Shown here piece after piece: positions 46,501 to 59,446 of a stretch of DNA of 64,000 bases. The stretch is taken from NCBI GenBank assembly GCA_028534125.1, contig CM052841.1, positions 61,380,001 through 61,444,000 of the forward strand, read 5' to 3'. A model generated the notes under the pieces. That model did not search any database and was not told where the DNA came from. It worked only from the letters and a program-made list of their open reading frames with translations. Made by a program: the position numbers and the translations under genes. Numbering within the stretch: position 1 is the first letter of the stretch; each line of letters opens with the position of its first letter. The stretch comes from Lama glama. Lineage: Eukaryota.

Positions 46501-49500
46501 GTATCACCATGACCTGGGAAGTGCCCCGGTGTACTTCACATCTTTCAAGGATCACGTCTCCGCCAGCTGCTATTGCTTTGGGTTGTTCTCACGTGCTTTC
46601 AAGCCGTTCTCTTTTATCGTTACTGACCAGAGGGTTAGTTCAATACAGTCTACTTCTCCTTTTCAGGAACTGGACCTCTCCACATCCCAATTGAATTTGT
46701 CTTCCCACCCAAATCCTCTGTACTCCTGCTTTTGCTGGTGCCCTACCATAAACCTAGCCACCTTGTTGGTGGTTCTTAGTTTAGTTGTCTGCCCTCCCTG
46801 TTCTCGGTCATAGTCTGTTGGGAAATACTAGCAAATCCCCAAAATTCATAGATTGGTTCAGCTCAGTGTACCCATCAGTGTACCCACCTGGGCACCAGAA
46901 GATGTAAGAAATGTGTGCTCCCCGCAAGCCTTGTTGGAGCACCTTCTGTCGCTCCCTGTGATGTGCTGGGCGTCAAGCTCAACATTTTCTACGTATTTTT
47001 TTTACTTCTCCTCCCAAAACCCCCTGAAAGAAGAACTGCTATTCTGTTCTCCTCTGGAGAGGAGTGAGGCTTGGCAGAGAGAAGTTCCTTGCTCCAGGCC
47101 ACACTGCTAGGAAGCAGGGGGACAGTGACTAAGACTTATTTCGAAGGTAGCACAAAGACTATTGTGTTGTCCTGAAAACAAATAGCATTTCTTCCATTCT
47201 AACTTTTTTTTAAAACTCTTTTTCTTGTTTTGAGTTCTCTGAAGTCAGGCTGCATCTTAAAGCATGTCAGGGTTTAATTGGCAGCACTTTTTCTTTTTCA
47301 CTAGAACATGACACATTTAAGGTTGGTGACTTCTCCGATTCAAGGAAGTGTGGCAGTTTTTTTAGTGATCAAGGCTGCAGTGAGGTTGACCCATGGGTGA
47401 GGGACAAAAAGGCAGGGCCCCTCCTGTCCTGGTCAGCTGGTCTTGAAAAGGCTTAGGGGAGCATCCAAGCATTGGAAAGCTGTGGAACTTCCCAAAAGCC
47501 TCCATCCATCCAGATTTAATAAAACAGCTGCCTCTGAGCTGAGAGTGAGCCAGCTGGTCCCCTCCTCTCCTGGAGGTGTTGTGGCTGGGTCCTGTGACTT
47601 GCTGCCTCCTGCCTGACAGGGGAGCCACGTGCTCCCTGGCTCTGGTGAGAGGTTAGGAGACTTTGTTTATGGGAAGATTCTAAGGCAGGGCTACTAGATA
47701 TCCTGTTCTGCCCAGTGTCACAGAGGATGTCCAGGCACACAGAAAGCCCTTTGAGGACACTGTGTCTGTTAAGTACTTGACATGTCTTTCCAAACGTCAG
47801 AACAGGGCTCATTCTCTGTTACAAAGCAGCTTAGAGAGCCTGCTGTGAGCCTGTGTGTGTCCCATTTCATTCCTGACTTCCCAGCCCACCTGCCAGGGCA
47901 CAGAGTCAGGGCAGCACCTCGCCTCAAGCCCTGACATCACCTAACAGTCACACGTTTGCTCTTCAGTCAACAGATATTTATTGAGCCCCATCTAAGCACC
48001 AAGTGTGGGCTCCAGGTTAATCTGCCCAAAGCCAATTTGCTGAGACCTTAGTTGACTGGGTTTCATTTTATCTTCATAACGGTACTCTAAGGAATGTTCT
48101 CTTGGTCCATCCCAGCGGCTGATGTTCTCCCTTCCCCAAGAAGGGAGAACAAGGAACAGAGAGAGGGGAGATTTAATTTCAGTTTGCTGGTTCTCTTTGT
48201 AGCTTCATAACAAAAACTTCCCAGCAAATTTCCAAAGCTGTTTAAAATCATCCCCATCCTATATAAAAAGTTTTAAAACTGTGGCTTCTGGAACATTGTC
48301 TGTGTCAGAAAGAACCTTTGTCTCAAACAGGAGGTGAGGGGCCAGAGGCAGTTTTACGGCCAGTGGGGGAGGACCCCAAGCCCCTTACAGACAGACACCT
48401 GCTGAAATCCTTGTCCCGCGGAGCGGCTGGGCTGTTGCTGATGTTGCTTGTCTTTCCTGGGGCCCAGTGAGACACCTGAGCAGATAGATGAGCATTTCTG
48501 GCAAGAGACTGATGGACTGAGCTTCCCAGGCACAAGGCCATGGTGCGGTCACCAGGCAGAGGAGCTGGTGCCGGCAGGGAGATGGGCCGGTGTCATCAGA
48601 GAGATCCGAGGCTGAGCCTGGGACTGCCTTGCTCTGGGCTCTGTCCTGAGCATGTCACTCGAGACCTAGCAGGTGGAAGCCCACGAGAGATGTCTGTGGA
48701 ATGACTGCATGGGAAAGCTAGCATTCTAAAGGTCTCCCTATGTGGCACATCCAGGGTTTCTGACTGTGTCTTCAGGGTGAAGGCAGCAAGGAGTGCCATT
48801 CGGGAGTGTGGCTAGGAGGAGAGGGGGCAGGAGACCCGGGGAAGGAAGGACAGCTGCCCTAATGTGGTGAGGCTCTGTCTAGACCAGTGACGGGCTGCCC
48901 CAGGCCTGTCCCAGGCTGGCTCTGGGGGCCCCAAGTGACTTCTCCCTCCACTCACCTGGCTCCCAGGGGCCCCCATCTCAGCCCTGCCTTCCCCGCTTCT
49001 CCACTGCTCCATCAGCCAGGCAGGTGCAGGAGGAAAGGCAGTACCTGTGATGGGCCTTTCGAGGCCGTCCTGTCAGGTGTGGATGGGGCAGCAGAGGGGC
49101 ATCCGCTCACATTCCTAGCAAGTGCAAGTGGGTGATGGTGGTGTTCCCAGCATGAGTCCCTCTCCCCCCGCATGGCAGCACCAATTTGCAAAGTTCTGGC
49201 ATTTGTTAATCACCCTAGAGTCTCACGGCAGGCCTGAGGGTGGGGAGGGCCGCAGCTACTCCACTTTGTAGATGAGAAACATGAGCCTGAAAATATGGTC
49301 ATTATTAGGTCATTTATTAAGTGTAGACTATGTGTGGAGCGTTGTGCCCATCCTTTCGCTGGCCTTATCTCCCCAAATCTTCACAGGGTCTCTGTGAGGG
49401 TGGTGCTCCAGGCAGGGCCTGGTGACTCCTCGTGCCCTGCCTGGGCACTTTGTCTCTGTGAGCTCCTTCCCCCATTAAAAGTATTAAAACTCATCTTCTG

Positions 49501-50239
49501 TGACTCCATCAGTGTAAGGACAAATATGTTAACATCATACATTAAAGCATTTTCTGACCTAAAGTGTCACTTTTTACTCTCATTTTAAAAGAAACTAGAC
49601 CATTTTCGTGAGCCCCTAATAGTATCATGAGCCCCAAATACTGCGCCTGCTCTGCAGGATGGATGGCGGCCCTGACTGCGAGTCCACTCTCCCTCCTACG
49701 CAAATCTGGAACCCAAAATGGCTTTTTTAAAAAAGCCTTTTTTAGAAGTTTGGCACAAATTCATTTGGTGGTAAAATCCGACTTGAATTGAATTGACGTG
49801 AGGTTCTGTGTAGTGTCTGGACTGCTTAACGTCACCCCCACGTGTTTACCGGGGCTGCCCGCCTCCACCGGGCAACGCGGCCGCGCACCCCCTCCCCGCC
49901 CCCGCCCCAGTGGACTCATTTGCTTGTAGATCCGCTCTCCTCTCCTGGACCGGAGTTCCTTGAGAATGGGACCGTGTTGTGTTCATCTCTATGGATACGG
50001 ATATTAATCATTTCTCTTTAAATCCATCATTTCCTCTTTCTCAATGAACCCACAGGGAATTGCCGTTTACAAATTTCTCTCTAGCTGGGATCCAAACCAA
50101 TTATCCATCGCCTGGCGGGTGGGGGGGGGCGTCTCTGGATTTGCTTTGCATGAGCAGATATGAGGAGGAGGTTTGCGCTCAGGTCCCTGGAAGCAGACAA
50201 GGGGCACAACTTCATGGAAAAAAATAATGGAGACAACAC

Positions 50240-50460
50240 GAATTGAGCATGTATTGGGTGCCAGGCGCAGTACTAAAGGTTAATATGAATTGGCTTATTT
50301 ATACCCATAACAACTCCATGTGGCAAGAACCATCATTTTCCTCCTTTTAGAGCTAAGGAAAATAAAGTTTGGAGAGATTAAGTAGCTTGCCCAAGGGCAT
50401 AGAGCTATGAAGTGATGGAGCAAAGATTCAGACCCAGGCACATGAACTTCTGAGCATGAT
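50240..50460 (-). mobile_element. MIR SINE
   Basis: ttgagcatgtattgggtgccagg...gagagattaagtagcttgcccaaggg...gattcagacccagg. Confidence 0.65.
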
Positions 50461-50839
50461 TTCACCCCTGGTGCCACCATGATGGTATGGTGCCTAACTC
50501 CGGCCTGGCTCCCAGAGAGTGGCCTGAGCTCAGGACAGTGGGAGCTCTCGACAGAGGCTGGAGGAGCTGTTTTCACTGCACTCGTGGTGAGACCTGGGGC
50601 TCAAGCAGTGCTGAGCGGTGAGACTGGGGGCCAGGTGATAAAGTGCCACAGAGCACAGCAAAGGGCCAGCCCACCACTCAGTTATTCCACATGTTTCTGC
50701 TGCCAGGCACTGAGGACACAGCACAGACACAGCCCCTAGCTTTTGGAGTGTGTCTCCTCGAGGAGGCAGGCAATGAAGAGATGAGATAATTTCCAAGGCT
50801 GATGAAACCAGTTAGTGGAACAGGGAACGACAGGGGTGG

Positions 50840-51350
50840 GAAGGATGCTGTTTTAAACAGTGCGCTCAGGAAAGGCTTCTAGGAGGAAGGGTCCCATGAA
50901 CCGAGGACTGGAAGGAGGCAGCCATGCAAAGGAACGGCATGTGCAAAGGCCATGGGGTGGAGATGAGCTTGGGCCACCCGAGGATTGAAAGGCCAGTGTG
51001 GCCAAGCAGAGGTGACAAGCAGGAGAGTGGAGGGAGGTGAAGTGAGAGGGGCAGGCCAGGGCAGGTCCTGCAGGCCAGGTGAGGCCTTAGGCTTAGATTC
51101 AGAGTGCGGTGGAGGCCTCTGGAGGGTTGTAGACAAGAAAGTGATGTGCACAGCTCTGCATTTTCTCAGTTTCTCTCCTGGTGCTGGGTGGAGAGTGGTC
51201 CAAGGGAAATGAGAATGGAGCTGAGAACACTGTTAGGAGACTCGAGGGACTGTCTAGGTGGGAAGCAAGGGGACTGGCACCAGGGCAGTGTCATGGAGAC
51301 AGTGACCAGTGGTTGGATTCAGGATAGGTTTTGGACAAATAGCTGACAAG
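50840..51350 (-). mobile_element. L2 LINE fragment
   Basis: tcaggaaaggcttct...gcatgtgcaaaggcc...ggggcaggccagggcaggtcctgcaggccaggtgagg...gtggttggattcaggataggtttt. Confidence 0.7.
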
Positions 51351-51462
51351 AACCCGGCACAACTGATAAGGTGAGAAGCAAACCACGCTGTTTAGCACCT
51401 TAAAGATTTGCCACTTAGGAGCCTAGAAATAGAGTTCTGGGGACGAGGTAGTGACCCACAGT

Positions 51463-51522
51463 CAGGATTGCCATGTCCTGTTGGGCAGTGCACACCCTGC
51501 ACAGCTGTACATGGCAGCCCTG
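51463..51522 (-). mobile_element. 60-bp hAT-type miniature inverted-repeat element (MER91-like)
   Basis: Terminal inverted repeats caggattgccatgt / acatggcagccctg (12 of 14 complementary). Flanking 8-mers cccacagt / accacagc (6 of 8 identical). Confidence 0.65.
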
Positions 51523-52242
51523 ACCACAGCTGGTGCTGACAGTTGGGTAGTGTTGGGCACCATACTCTAGGAGTGTATGGAAATACATGCCAATAGGGAG
51601 CTGGAGAGAGGGGACCCCACCCCTGACACTAAGAGAAATAAGTGGGGGAGACTTGGGAGTGAGGTTGAGGTATGCAGATGTGTTGGTATCTACATTTTTG
51701 AATTGCTATTCACATGATCCTGTGTGTCTCCTCAGGCTGCACTGGACCGGAGAAGTCCATTTACTTACCCTACTCCTTGAACTAATTAGTTTTCATCGTT
51801 GAGGTAGCCCCTGAGATGGATGCTCAGGTTAACATCTGGAGAAACATGACGGCTCAGGGTCTCCTTGGGCTTGCTGGAAATCATTTCCAGCTAAGATTTG
51901 TAGCTCTGCTGCCCCAAACCTAGAACGGGGTACTTTGTAGCAGGCCCTGTCAGGGAGAGGCAAGAACTTGAAAACAGCTGTGGCCCTTGAAAACCAGAAT
52001 GTGTTGTTTCTGCATCTTCCCAGGTTTAGAACTCTCAGACCCGTCCCAGGTACTCTGACCAGTAGGTCAGGGGTACTCACGCAGGCCCTGTAGGGAGTGG
52101 GGGCAGCTGGTGCAGGAGACTTACTTCAGCTCCTCCGGTGTCCACACCACCCCCTGCCCTCCCTCCCACCCTCTCTGAGCTGGGCCAGATAAATCTCAGC
52201 TCTGAGGCTGAAACCCGGGTGGGCAAGGGTCAGGTTTCCCCT

Positions 52243-52450
52243 GTGCTGGTTATTCTCCAGTTGCTGCCCCAGATCCGCTCTGTGGCACCCTGCCCTGTGT
52301 CCAGAGGCCAACCTGTGTGGATTGCCCAGTGGACCCCCTTGCCTTCTGGCTTCCGGTTGGGTTTGGCCAATGGCAGGAGTTGGCAGGAGACAAGAAGGTG
52401 GGAAGAAGGTGAGGCCAGGCAGATCGCCAGCTTCCTCCCTGCTGGACCAT
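52243..52450 (+). mobile_element. ERVL LTR fragment (LTR33-like)
   Basis: cccttgccttctggcttccggttgggtttggccaatggcaggagttggcaggaga resembles the LTR33 core. Confidence 0.6.
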
Positions 52451-52904
52451 GGCCGTCCTGGTGGTGTAAGGGGAGGCAGCCAGGCCTGGGTTTGAATTCT
52501 ACCTGTAATTAACCATGTGACTTCTGAAATGTATCTCTGCATCTCAGTGTTCTTCATTTTAAAAATGTGGATAGTAATACCACCTTCCCAGGATGGCGGG
52601 GAGGGGTACATGAATCAGTGTGAGTGCAGATGGCCTAGATACTGGGTCCTCTGAAGGTCACTGGTCATTTTGTATCTCTCCAGGTGGCCTCCTTTAGTTT
52701 TCCCTCTGTGGTTTGTGTGTCTGTCAGTCCCAGAACCACTCCTGCAGAGCCTCACTACCGACAATCCGTTAGTCAGGGAAGTGCTTCCCTGCCCCTGCCT
52801 TGATCTGCCGCCTGTATGTGAAGTCTCCTTAACCAAGGAAAACAATACTTTTATCACGGTGGGAAGCAGGCTTATGGAAAGTGCACACATACACATCCAA
52901 ATGT

Positions 52905-53080
52905 GGTTTGTAACATTTATTGAGTGCTTGTTGTTCCTCACAATAACCCCATGAGATAGGTTCCTTTATTATTACCCAATTTTCAGACGCAGAAACTGAG
53001 GCTTAAGAAGTCACTTGACTTGTCCAGGGTCAGACGTGAGTAGGTGGTGGGCTGGTGTTGAACTTGGGCAATCTGGCACC
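52905..53080 (-). mobile_element. MIR SINE
   Basis: taacatttattgagtgctt...cctcacaataaccccatgagatagg...cagacgcagaaactgaggctt. Confidence 0.75.
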
Positions 53081-53256
53081 AGGAGGGGCCTGGCCTCCTA
53101 GGCCCTGGTCACCTGCCTCTGTCGTGGGGAAGCCTCAGCTCTCCAGGCTCCAGGAACCAAGTCATTTTAGATAATCAAGGTGACCAGAAAGCTACCCAGG
53201 TTCTCTCTTAGAACATCCAGTGCTTTAAAATCTTTTTCCATTCTCTTTAAGCTTTT

Positions 53257-53292
53257 CACACAGACCCACACAGACACACACACACACACACG
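53257..53292 (+). repeat. Imperfect (CA)n microsatellite
   Basis: cacacagacccacacagacacacacacacacacacg read directly. Confidence 0.85.
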
Positions 53293-54074
53293 CCCACGTG
53301 CACTAGCTCCTGAAAATCTTGGCTAATCGCAGTACTGACCTCTCCTTGGTGACTCAGTCGTCTTGAATGGACTAACTTTACTGCCTGCAAGCTCCAGGCA
53401 GCTGTGTTTGTTGTTACTTTGCTAGCTCTTCTTTCCATGGCAGCAGTCACCTTCCCTTCCTGGCCTCCCACCCCTCTCCTGATTCGTTGCCTCTCACCAG
53501 CTGAGATCCCTGAAATCTGATAGAATTATTTCCACATAAGAGTAGCTGGGCACCCCACCAGTCTAAAGGGCTCTCCTGTGAGTCAAGTACACGAGAGTCA
53601 GTGCAGAGGCCTTCGGGACTTACAGGTCTGTGCTCTTACAAAATACCTGCCGTCTGCTGCACACTCACTGTGCGCCTGGCCGGGCGGGAGGCCTTTTATG
53701 TGGATTTTTTTCATTGAAACCTCAAAAACAGAACCTTCCAAGAGAGATTCTATCTACTGCCTTCCATTTTAAGTGATGAAGTAGCTCAGGCACGGAAAGG
53801 TTAGGGAGTCTACCCACTGCTGCACCGCCCGTAAGGGGCAAACCCAGGCTCTGGATCTGGGCCTGTCTGAATCCAAAGTCCACAACCGTAATAGGGTTTA
53901 CGCAGCCACGTGAGGATGGGCAAGTTGGGGAAGCTCCAGCCCGCATCTCTTCACTTGGAGGATAATGCTGTTTGTTCCCAGGGTTAGTATGAAGGTGTCA
54001 CGTGCTCTGTGCACAGTAGGAACTCTATGTACATTGGGCCCCCTGTGCTCATTATTCCTGCCCATCCTGGATCT

Positions 54075-54230
54075 GAGGTTCTCAAGCTCTAGCAACTTTG
54101 GAATCACCTGAGGGCTCATTAAAACACAGTTTGCTAGGTCCCACCCCAGAGATTCTGATTCTATAGGTCTGGAGTAGGGCCTCAGAATTTGCATTTTTAA
54201 AAAGTTCCCACGAAGCTGTGCTGTGGGATC
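54075..54230. mobile_element. MER5A-like hAT-Charlie DNA transposon remnant
   Basis: ggttctcaag...gaatcacctgagggctcattaaaacacag...ccaccccagagattctgattc...aggtctggagtagggcc...gaatttgcatttttaa. Confidence 0.8.
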
Positions 54231-54859
54231 CATTGCTCAAGACAGATGGGTTTGCCGAGCAGGTGAGTCCGGGTGGCCTTGCTTCTGACGGCTGTTCCCC
54301 CTGTGCAGGTGCTGGTTGGGTATCAAGCAGGGAAAGCGTGTTTTGGTTTCTCGCAGTCTTTTCCTGGGAGCTGGCTTGATGCTTTTAGTCCCACCCTTCT
54401 GCTTCTCCACCAAAATGCCTGAGTGTCACCAACCTGGGGAAGTGTAGTGTTTAAGCAGCATGGCAATGTCTGGACTCTGAAACAAGGTTCATTCAACTAG
54501 TTTTATTAACATGCCCCTGATTTCCAATTGCTTTCCTGTTTCAGAATAGGAAATAAAAGGCACATGAAAAAGATAATAAATCATCTTGCAGGAATTACTT
54601 CTATAAATTATCTAACCCCCTTCCCCCCCTCAAAAAACCCTTTTGAAGCATCACTCGGGCCAGATACACTTTCCTTCACAACTGGAATTTTAGATTTATT
54701 TATATGCTGGTGTGATTGGTGTTCTCCTCTCCCCTAGCAGGCTGTAAGGGTGGGGTGGTCACCTTGCCACCTCTGGGTCTCCAGTGCCCAGCCCAGGGCC
54801 TGGCACACAGCAGCAGGTGCTCAGCTGGCATTGCTGTTGGATAGAAAAGTGACAGGCTT

Positions 54860-55310
54860 GGTGGCACAGTTGTGGATGCTAGAGTCAGAGGGACCTAGAT
54901 TGGAGCTGAAGGCCTGCCCTTCCAAGCTGAATGGCCTTGAGCAAGTAACTTCTTTTTTGTGCCTTTGTTACCCTCTTTGTAAATTGGGAATAATAAAAAT
55001 AATACCCATACTTCATAGGGTTGTCATGAGAACTAAATGACATAAGGTATCCAAGGTGCCTGCCATGTAATAAGTGCTTTATTTTTTCTTCATCATTATC
55101 ATCATCCTGCCATGTAGGCCAGTGTACTGGTATAGAGTGTGGGCTCTGAAACCCAACTTCCAGGTTCAAATCCTGGCTCCACCACTTACTAGCCGTGTGG
55201 CCTTGAATGATTCAAGTCACCTCTCTGTGCTCCAGGGTCCTCATCTGTAAAGCGGGCAGCAGCCTCGCAGAGTTCTTGTCAGCAGTAAGGACAACGTGTG
55301 TAAGGTGCTT
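54860..55310 (+). mobile_element. Two tandem MIR SINEs
   Basis: Copy 1 at about 54860-55065: ccttgagcaagtaact...tgtaaattgggaataataa...cttcatagggttgtcatgag. Copy 2 at about 55110-55310: ggttcaaatcctggctccaccacttactagccgtgtggccttg...cctcatctgtaaa. Confidence 0.75.
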
Positions 55311-58300
55311 CCTCTTCTGCAGAGCCGTGAGCCAGCAGCTTGGCCACATGAAGAGGACACAGAGGCACAAGGCGGCACAGTGCTTGAGGGTGGTGGTGCT
55401 GCCCTTGTCCCCGATGCCCACCCACCCTCAGCCCCACCCAGGAGAGAGAAGCAGCGAGGCAGGAGAGCGCCCCTGGGCAAGGAAACATCCCCAGGCTTCT
55501 GTGGCTGGAAACCCCTCTTCCTGGCAGCCCCTGGAAGAGCAGCTCCGTCCTCAGCTGTCTTTGATTAGGCTCATGGGCTGGAGAGCATGCTGTGGTGGCG
55601 TCCCCCTCCGCAGAGCCGCCTTGCCTGCAGACGTCACCCCTTCCCACTACCTGCCAGGCTGGGGCTGCGCAGGGCGGGCTGCACCCTGCAGGGACGAGCC
55701 CCCGCCCGCCCGCCCACAGGCCTGCCATCGCCTTTCTTCCCCTGCCAGACTCGTTATGGGCAGCCCCGGGCCTGGCCCTCCTCCCCAGCATTGTCAGAGA
55801 AGCTTTCAACACCTCGAAATCCACCCCAGGGGTGAAACTCCCCCGTCCCCTTTAACGTGGAACCCAGACCGTCCTGGTTTCTATGTGTGCAGAGCGTTTG
55901 GTAAACAGAGTGCTTGAGCCCTGACTTGCTGGAAGGGGCGAATCCCAGCTGACGCCCCAGGCGCTCAACCTATTTTGGGCCTTGTCTCCCCCCCTCCCCC
56001 ACCGCTGAGCTCTGCGGTCAGTGATCATCTGGACCCCCCACCCCCACCCCCAGCACCCACCGTGGGGGTCGGAGGGATGGCCCGAGGACCCAGTTTCGGG
56101 TTCCTTTCCTGCTAGAGCATCGGCCCAGCCAGGTCTGCAGCCCCCTGCTCCCCGGGCTGCGCCTGCTGATGCCTGGTATCCACTTAGCAAATGCTCTTGT
56201 CCCTGCTCCCCCCGTGAATGCTGTGATTCAGCACACACAGAGAGGAGCTTCACTTAAGAAAGAACGTATTCACGGCCGCCATCCAGCTCCAGCAGGCGCC
56301 GGGAGACAGCTGCCGGCTCCCGCCCGGCCGGGTGGGAGGGCTGCCCACCCTCCACACACAGAGGGGTCTCTCCTCCTCCTTTTTTTTTTTCTATGACCCA
56401 CAGTCTTTTTCAGTCGCTGGACTAAATGCAGTTTAAATCTGCGTTCAGAACACCTTATTAATAAGAAGCAGATTAATAGTCTCCTGGAATTAAGAGAACA
56501 TCACCCAGTCAACAAAATACGTGTCACAGGCCTGCGTGCGCCCAGCGCTGGGCTGGGCTCCTTTGCCGGAGCCAGAGGATGCTGAGCCCATGGCCTGTGA
56601 GCCTCTCCCCACCTGGGACCCCTTCCGTGTCTCTTCGTAACTCTGGGTTTTGAAAACTGCTATAAATAATTACAGCTGCTGTGTGCACCGGCAAATTCAG
56701 GTACAGTGTGAAAAAGCTCTTCATTCCCTCAAGAAGCCCATGGCTCCTTGTTGTGGGTACAATCACTTTGTCTCCGTCATCTAGATGAGGAAACTGGGCC
56801 TCGAAGAGTCAAAGGTCTTGCCCCAGAATGGACACAGAGCTCGGTTTCTCTATTATTGCGATAGGAAGTCTCTGTGAAACAGCTGCTTGCATTGGGTGAA
56901 AAAAATGCCTTCTCCCCTTGTTAACAAGCTCATAGCGAACCAGAGCTTCCGACCAGCCGAGAGTAACTATGTTTGTCGAACAGAACTGAGGAGATGCTTT
57001 GTGACCCCACCTCTAGCGCTCAGCTACCTAGCCACATCCACCCCGGTGAATCTGGGAGGGGCGTCGTGGAGGACAGAGGGTCCTGGACTCGCAACAAGGG
57101 TGTTTTGAGATGAGACAGGTGCTTTTCTGTCTGAAAGAGTCCATTGTGAAGATTGGAGTGCCTCCTACAGAGGGGGACAGGGCACGTGATGAACCGCAGA
57201 ACCCTCGGCCCACCGTGGAGTGTGGGAGTGTCCCCGACAACTGAGAGTAGAGGGGCTTCGTCCTTTTCAGCCACCCCTCTCCAACCCGGGAAAGAAGAGG
57301 AAGAGGGTGATTGACATATAGCCCCTGAAGCTAGTCACACTGAACCTAGAAACTGCTGCCTGTTTCTGGTGTAGAGATTTCTGAAATGGGGCATTTGCGG
57401 CTCACCGGGACTTAGAACATTTGTGTCTGGGAAGAGCTAGGTTCCACCCTCCCATTCCGGTTCTCTGTGGCCCTCACAGGATGCCAGCAACTACCCCAGA
57501 TGTTACTGTGTCTCCACGTGAAGGGGCAGAGGCTGGCAGTGTGCCAGGAGCTGCAGCTAGCCAGGTGGCCACCACCCAAGCAGTGGGACCCTCAGCCTAG
57601 AGAGGGGCAGGGACATACGCTCCCCATGGCAGGGAAAGGATGACTGGCTGCCCTTCAGCCCTAGAGGGGCCAGGACGCAGCTGAACACATCCCTGGAGTC
57701 CCAGACCACCACCTGTGTCAGACTCGGTTGTCCCACCAGTGACAGGCGACCCCTGCTTGAGCAGATCTCACTCCCCCGGGGAGGAAGTGGGCCCAGTGAG
57801 GTCTGCTGGAGCCTGGGCATTAGGGAAGGAGGTGCAAACAGACAAAGAAAACGGCCTTGGTGCAGAGCAGGACACCCTCTATCCCACCTCCTCCAAGCCT
57901 CCGGGGAAAGGGGCTGGGGAGGAGGGACAACAGAATTGAACTGAGCTTGGATCAAGTCTTCAAATAAACAGAACTGAGTCTTAGGTCTCAAAATTCGACT
58001 GTGCTAATAATGGAAAGTGACTGCAAAGTTGCAGAATCTGGCCTGGATTTCATTGAGGAACCAGCTGGAATTAGAAAGGGGAGTCAGCACAGCACAGCTG
58101 GGGAGTGAGTATTGAGAGAATAAAGCATTTCATGTCTGTAACCCCAGTGGACTCAGATTCCTCAATAAACCTGTAATGACCTCAGTCATCCAATGACCAC
58201 CCCCCGGGTCTGGCCACCTGAACTTCACACAGATGTCCAGGAGGCCCAGGGATGCCCAAGGAGCCTCTCCTCACTGGGTGGGAGAGGTGTGGCTAGCTGC

Positions 58301-59088
58301 GGCCCAGAGTAGGGGGTCTACCTGGGTGTGACCTGCTGGGCCTGCCAGCCAGGGGAGCCGTGGTAGTGGAGGTGATGGGGTGGAGTGGGAGGAGAGAGGA
58401 GCAAGCAGGAGTGGGGAGTCCAGTGAGCACTGCCATCCACCCAGCTCTCTGCACGGGCTTTCCCAGGCCTCCTTCTCAGCACTCGGGCAGCAAAGCTGCA
58501 GGGAGGTTGAGGCCTGACCCAAGTGTCCGGAAGAATTCAGAGTTCAAGTGCCAACTCACTGCAGATGAAGCGTGTGCCTGGGGCAGGCGCTCAACCTCTC
58601 TGAGCCTCACCGTCCCCTCTGTGGAGCAGCGATCAAGCAGTGCCTTCCCCTTGTAGCGAGCAGCACGTTGTCAGGACGCGGCGAGGGGAAGCGGTGAAAG
58701 GCTGAGCTCAGTTCCGGCCCCAGAAGCACGCACACCTGTGAGCTCTCACCACCCTCAGCATCATCATCTCTGAGGAGGGTGTGCTCACCCTGTCATCATG
58801 GGGCAGGTGCCTTCATCCTAGGGGTAAAGGCTCAGAGTCACAGGTGAAGTCAGGTTGCCTTGCTCCACACCCAAGTTCTCTTCTGTAGCTTGTCAGAAAG
58901 AGTCAATGGATGTCAACGCTGCCTCTGGCCTTTCACCATAATGAGAATTCTATCCCTTTTGCCATCCCCCCGGAAGAGAAGCAGGGACTTCAGAAATTGA
59001 AACCTGTAGACTCCACAATGTAGAGGAAAGAGATGGTCGCAGGCATGACCCATGGCCAGGGGGTTTGTCCCAGCCTTAGAATGTGATT

Positions 59089-59446
59089 TGTCGTAGTTTG
59101 GGCTGCTCTNNNNNNNNNNNNNNNNNNNNNNNNNNNNNNNNNNNNNNNNNNNNNNNNNNNNNNNNNNNNNNNNNNNNNNNNNNNNNNNNNNNNNNNNNNN
59201 NNNNNNNNNNNNNNNNNNNNNNNNNNNNNNNNNNNNNNNNNNNNNNNNNNNNNNCTCACCGTGTCCGAACACGGCAGACGGGGTGAGGAAGCTGCCTGGG
59301 GTCTCTTATACGGCACTAATCCCGTTCATGAGGGGTGACCTGGTCATGACCGAGTCATGACCGAGCCACCCCTTAAAGGCCTGAACTCCTAATACCACCG
59401 CCACAACATGAGTTTTAGGGGGCCACAAACGTTCACTTCACAGCAG
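59089..59446 (-). mobile_element. MaLR LTR (MLT1A-like) spanning an N-gap
   Basis: tgtcgtagtttgggctgct before the gap; ggcactaatcccgttcatgaggg...ctcctaatacca...catgagttttagggggccacaaacgttca after it. Confidence 0.65.
59110..59254. other. N-gap of 145 nt
   Basis: Run of N inside an LTR remnant. Confidence 1.

Noticed and set aside
55207-55917. 236-aa plus-strand ORF
   Set aside because: It starts inside a MIR and continues through GC-rich sequence, with no recognisable homology or exon structure.
19238-59364. Short two-copy tandem duplications (about 19238-19261, 37030-37062, 46863-46886, 59343-59364) as an array or CRISPR-like system
   Set aside because: The 11-16 bp units are unrelated, have only two copies each and no spacers. 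This is ordinary replication slippage in mammalian DNA.
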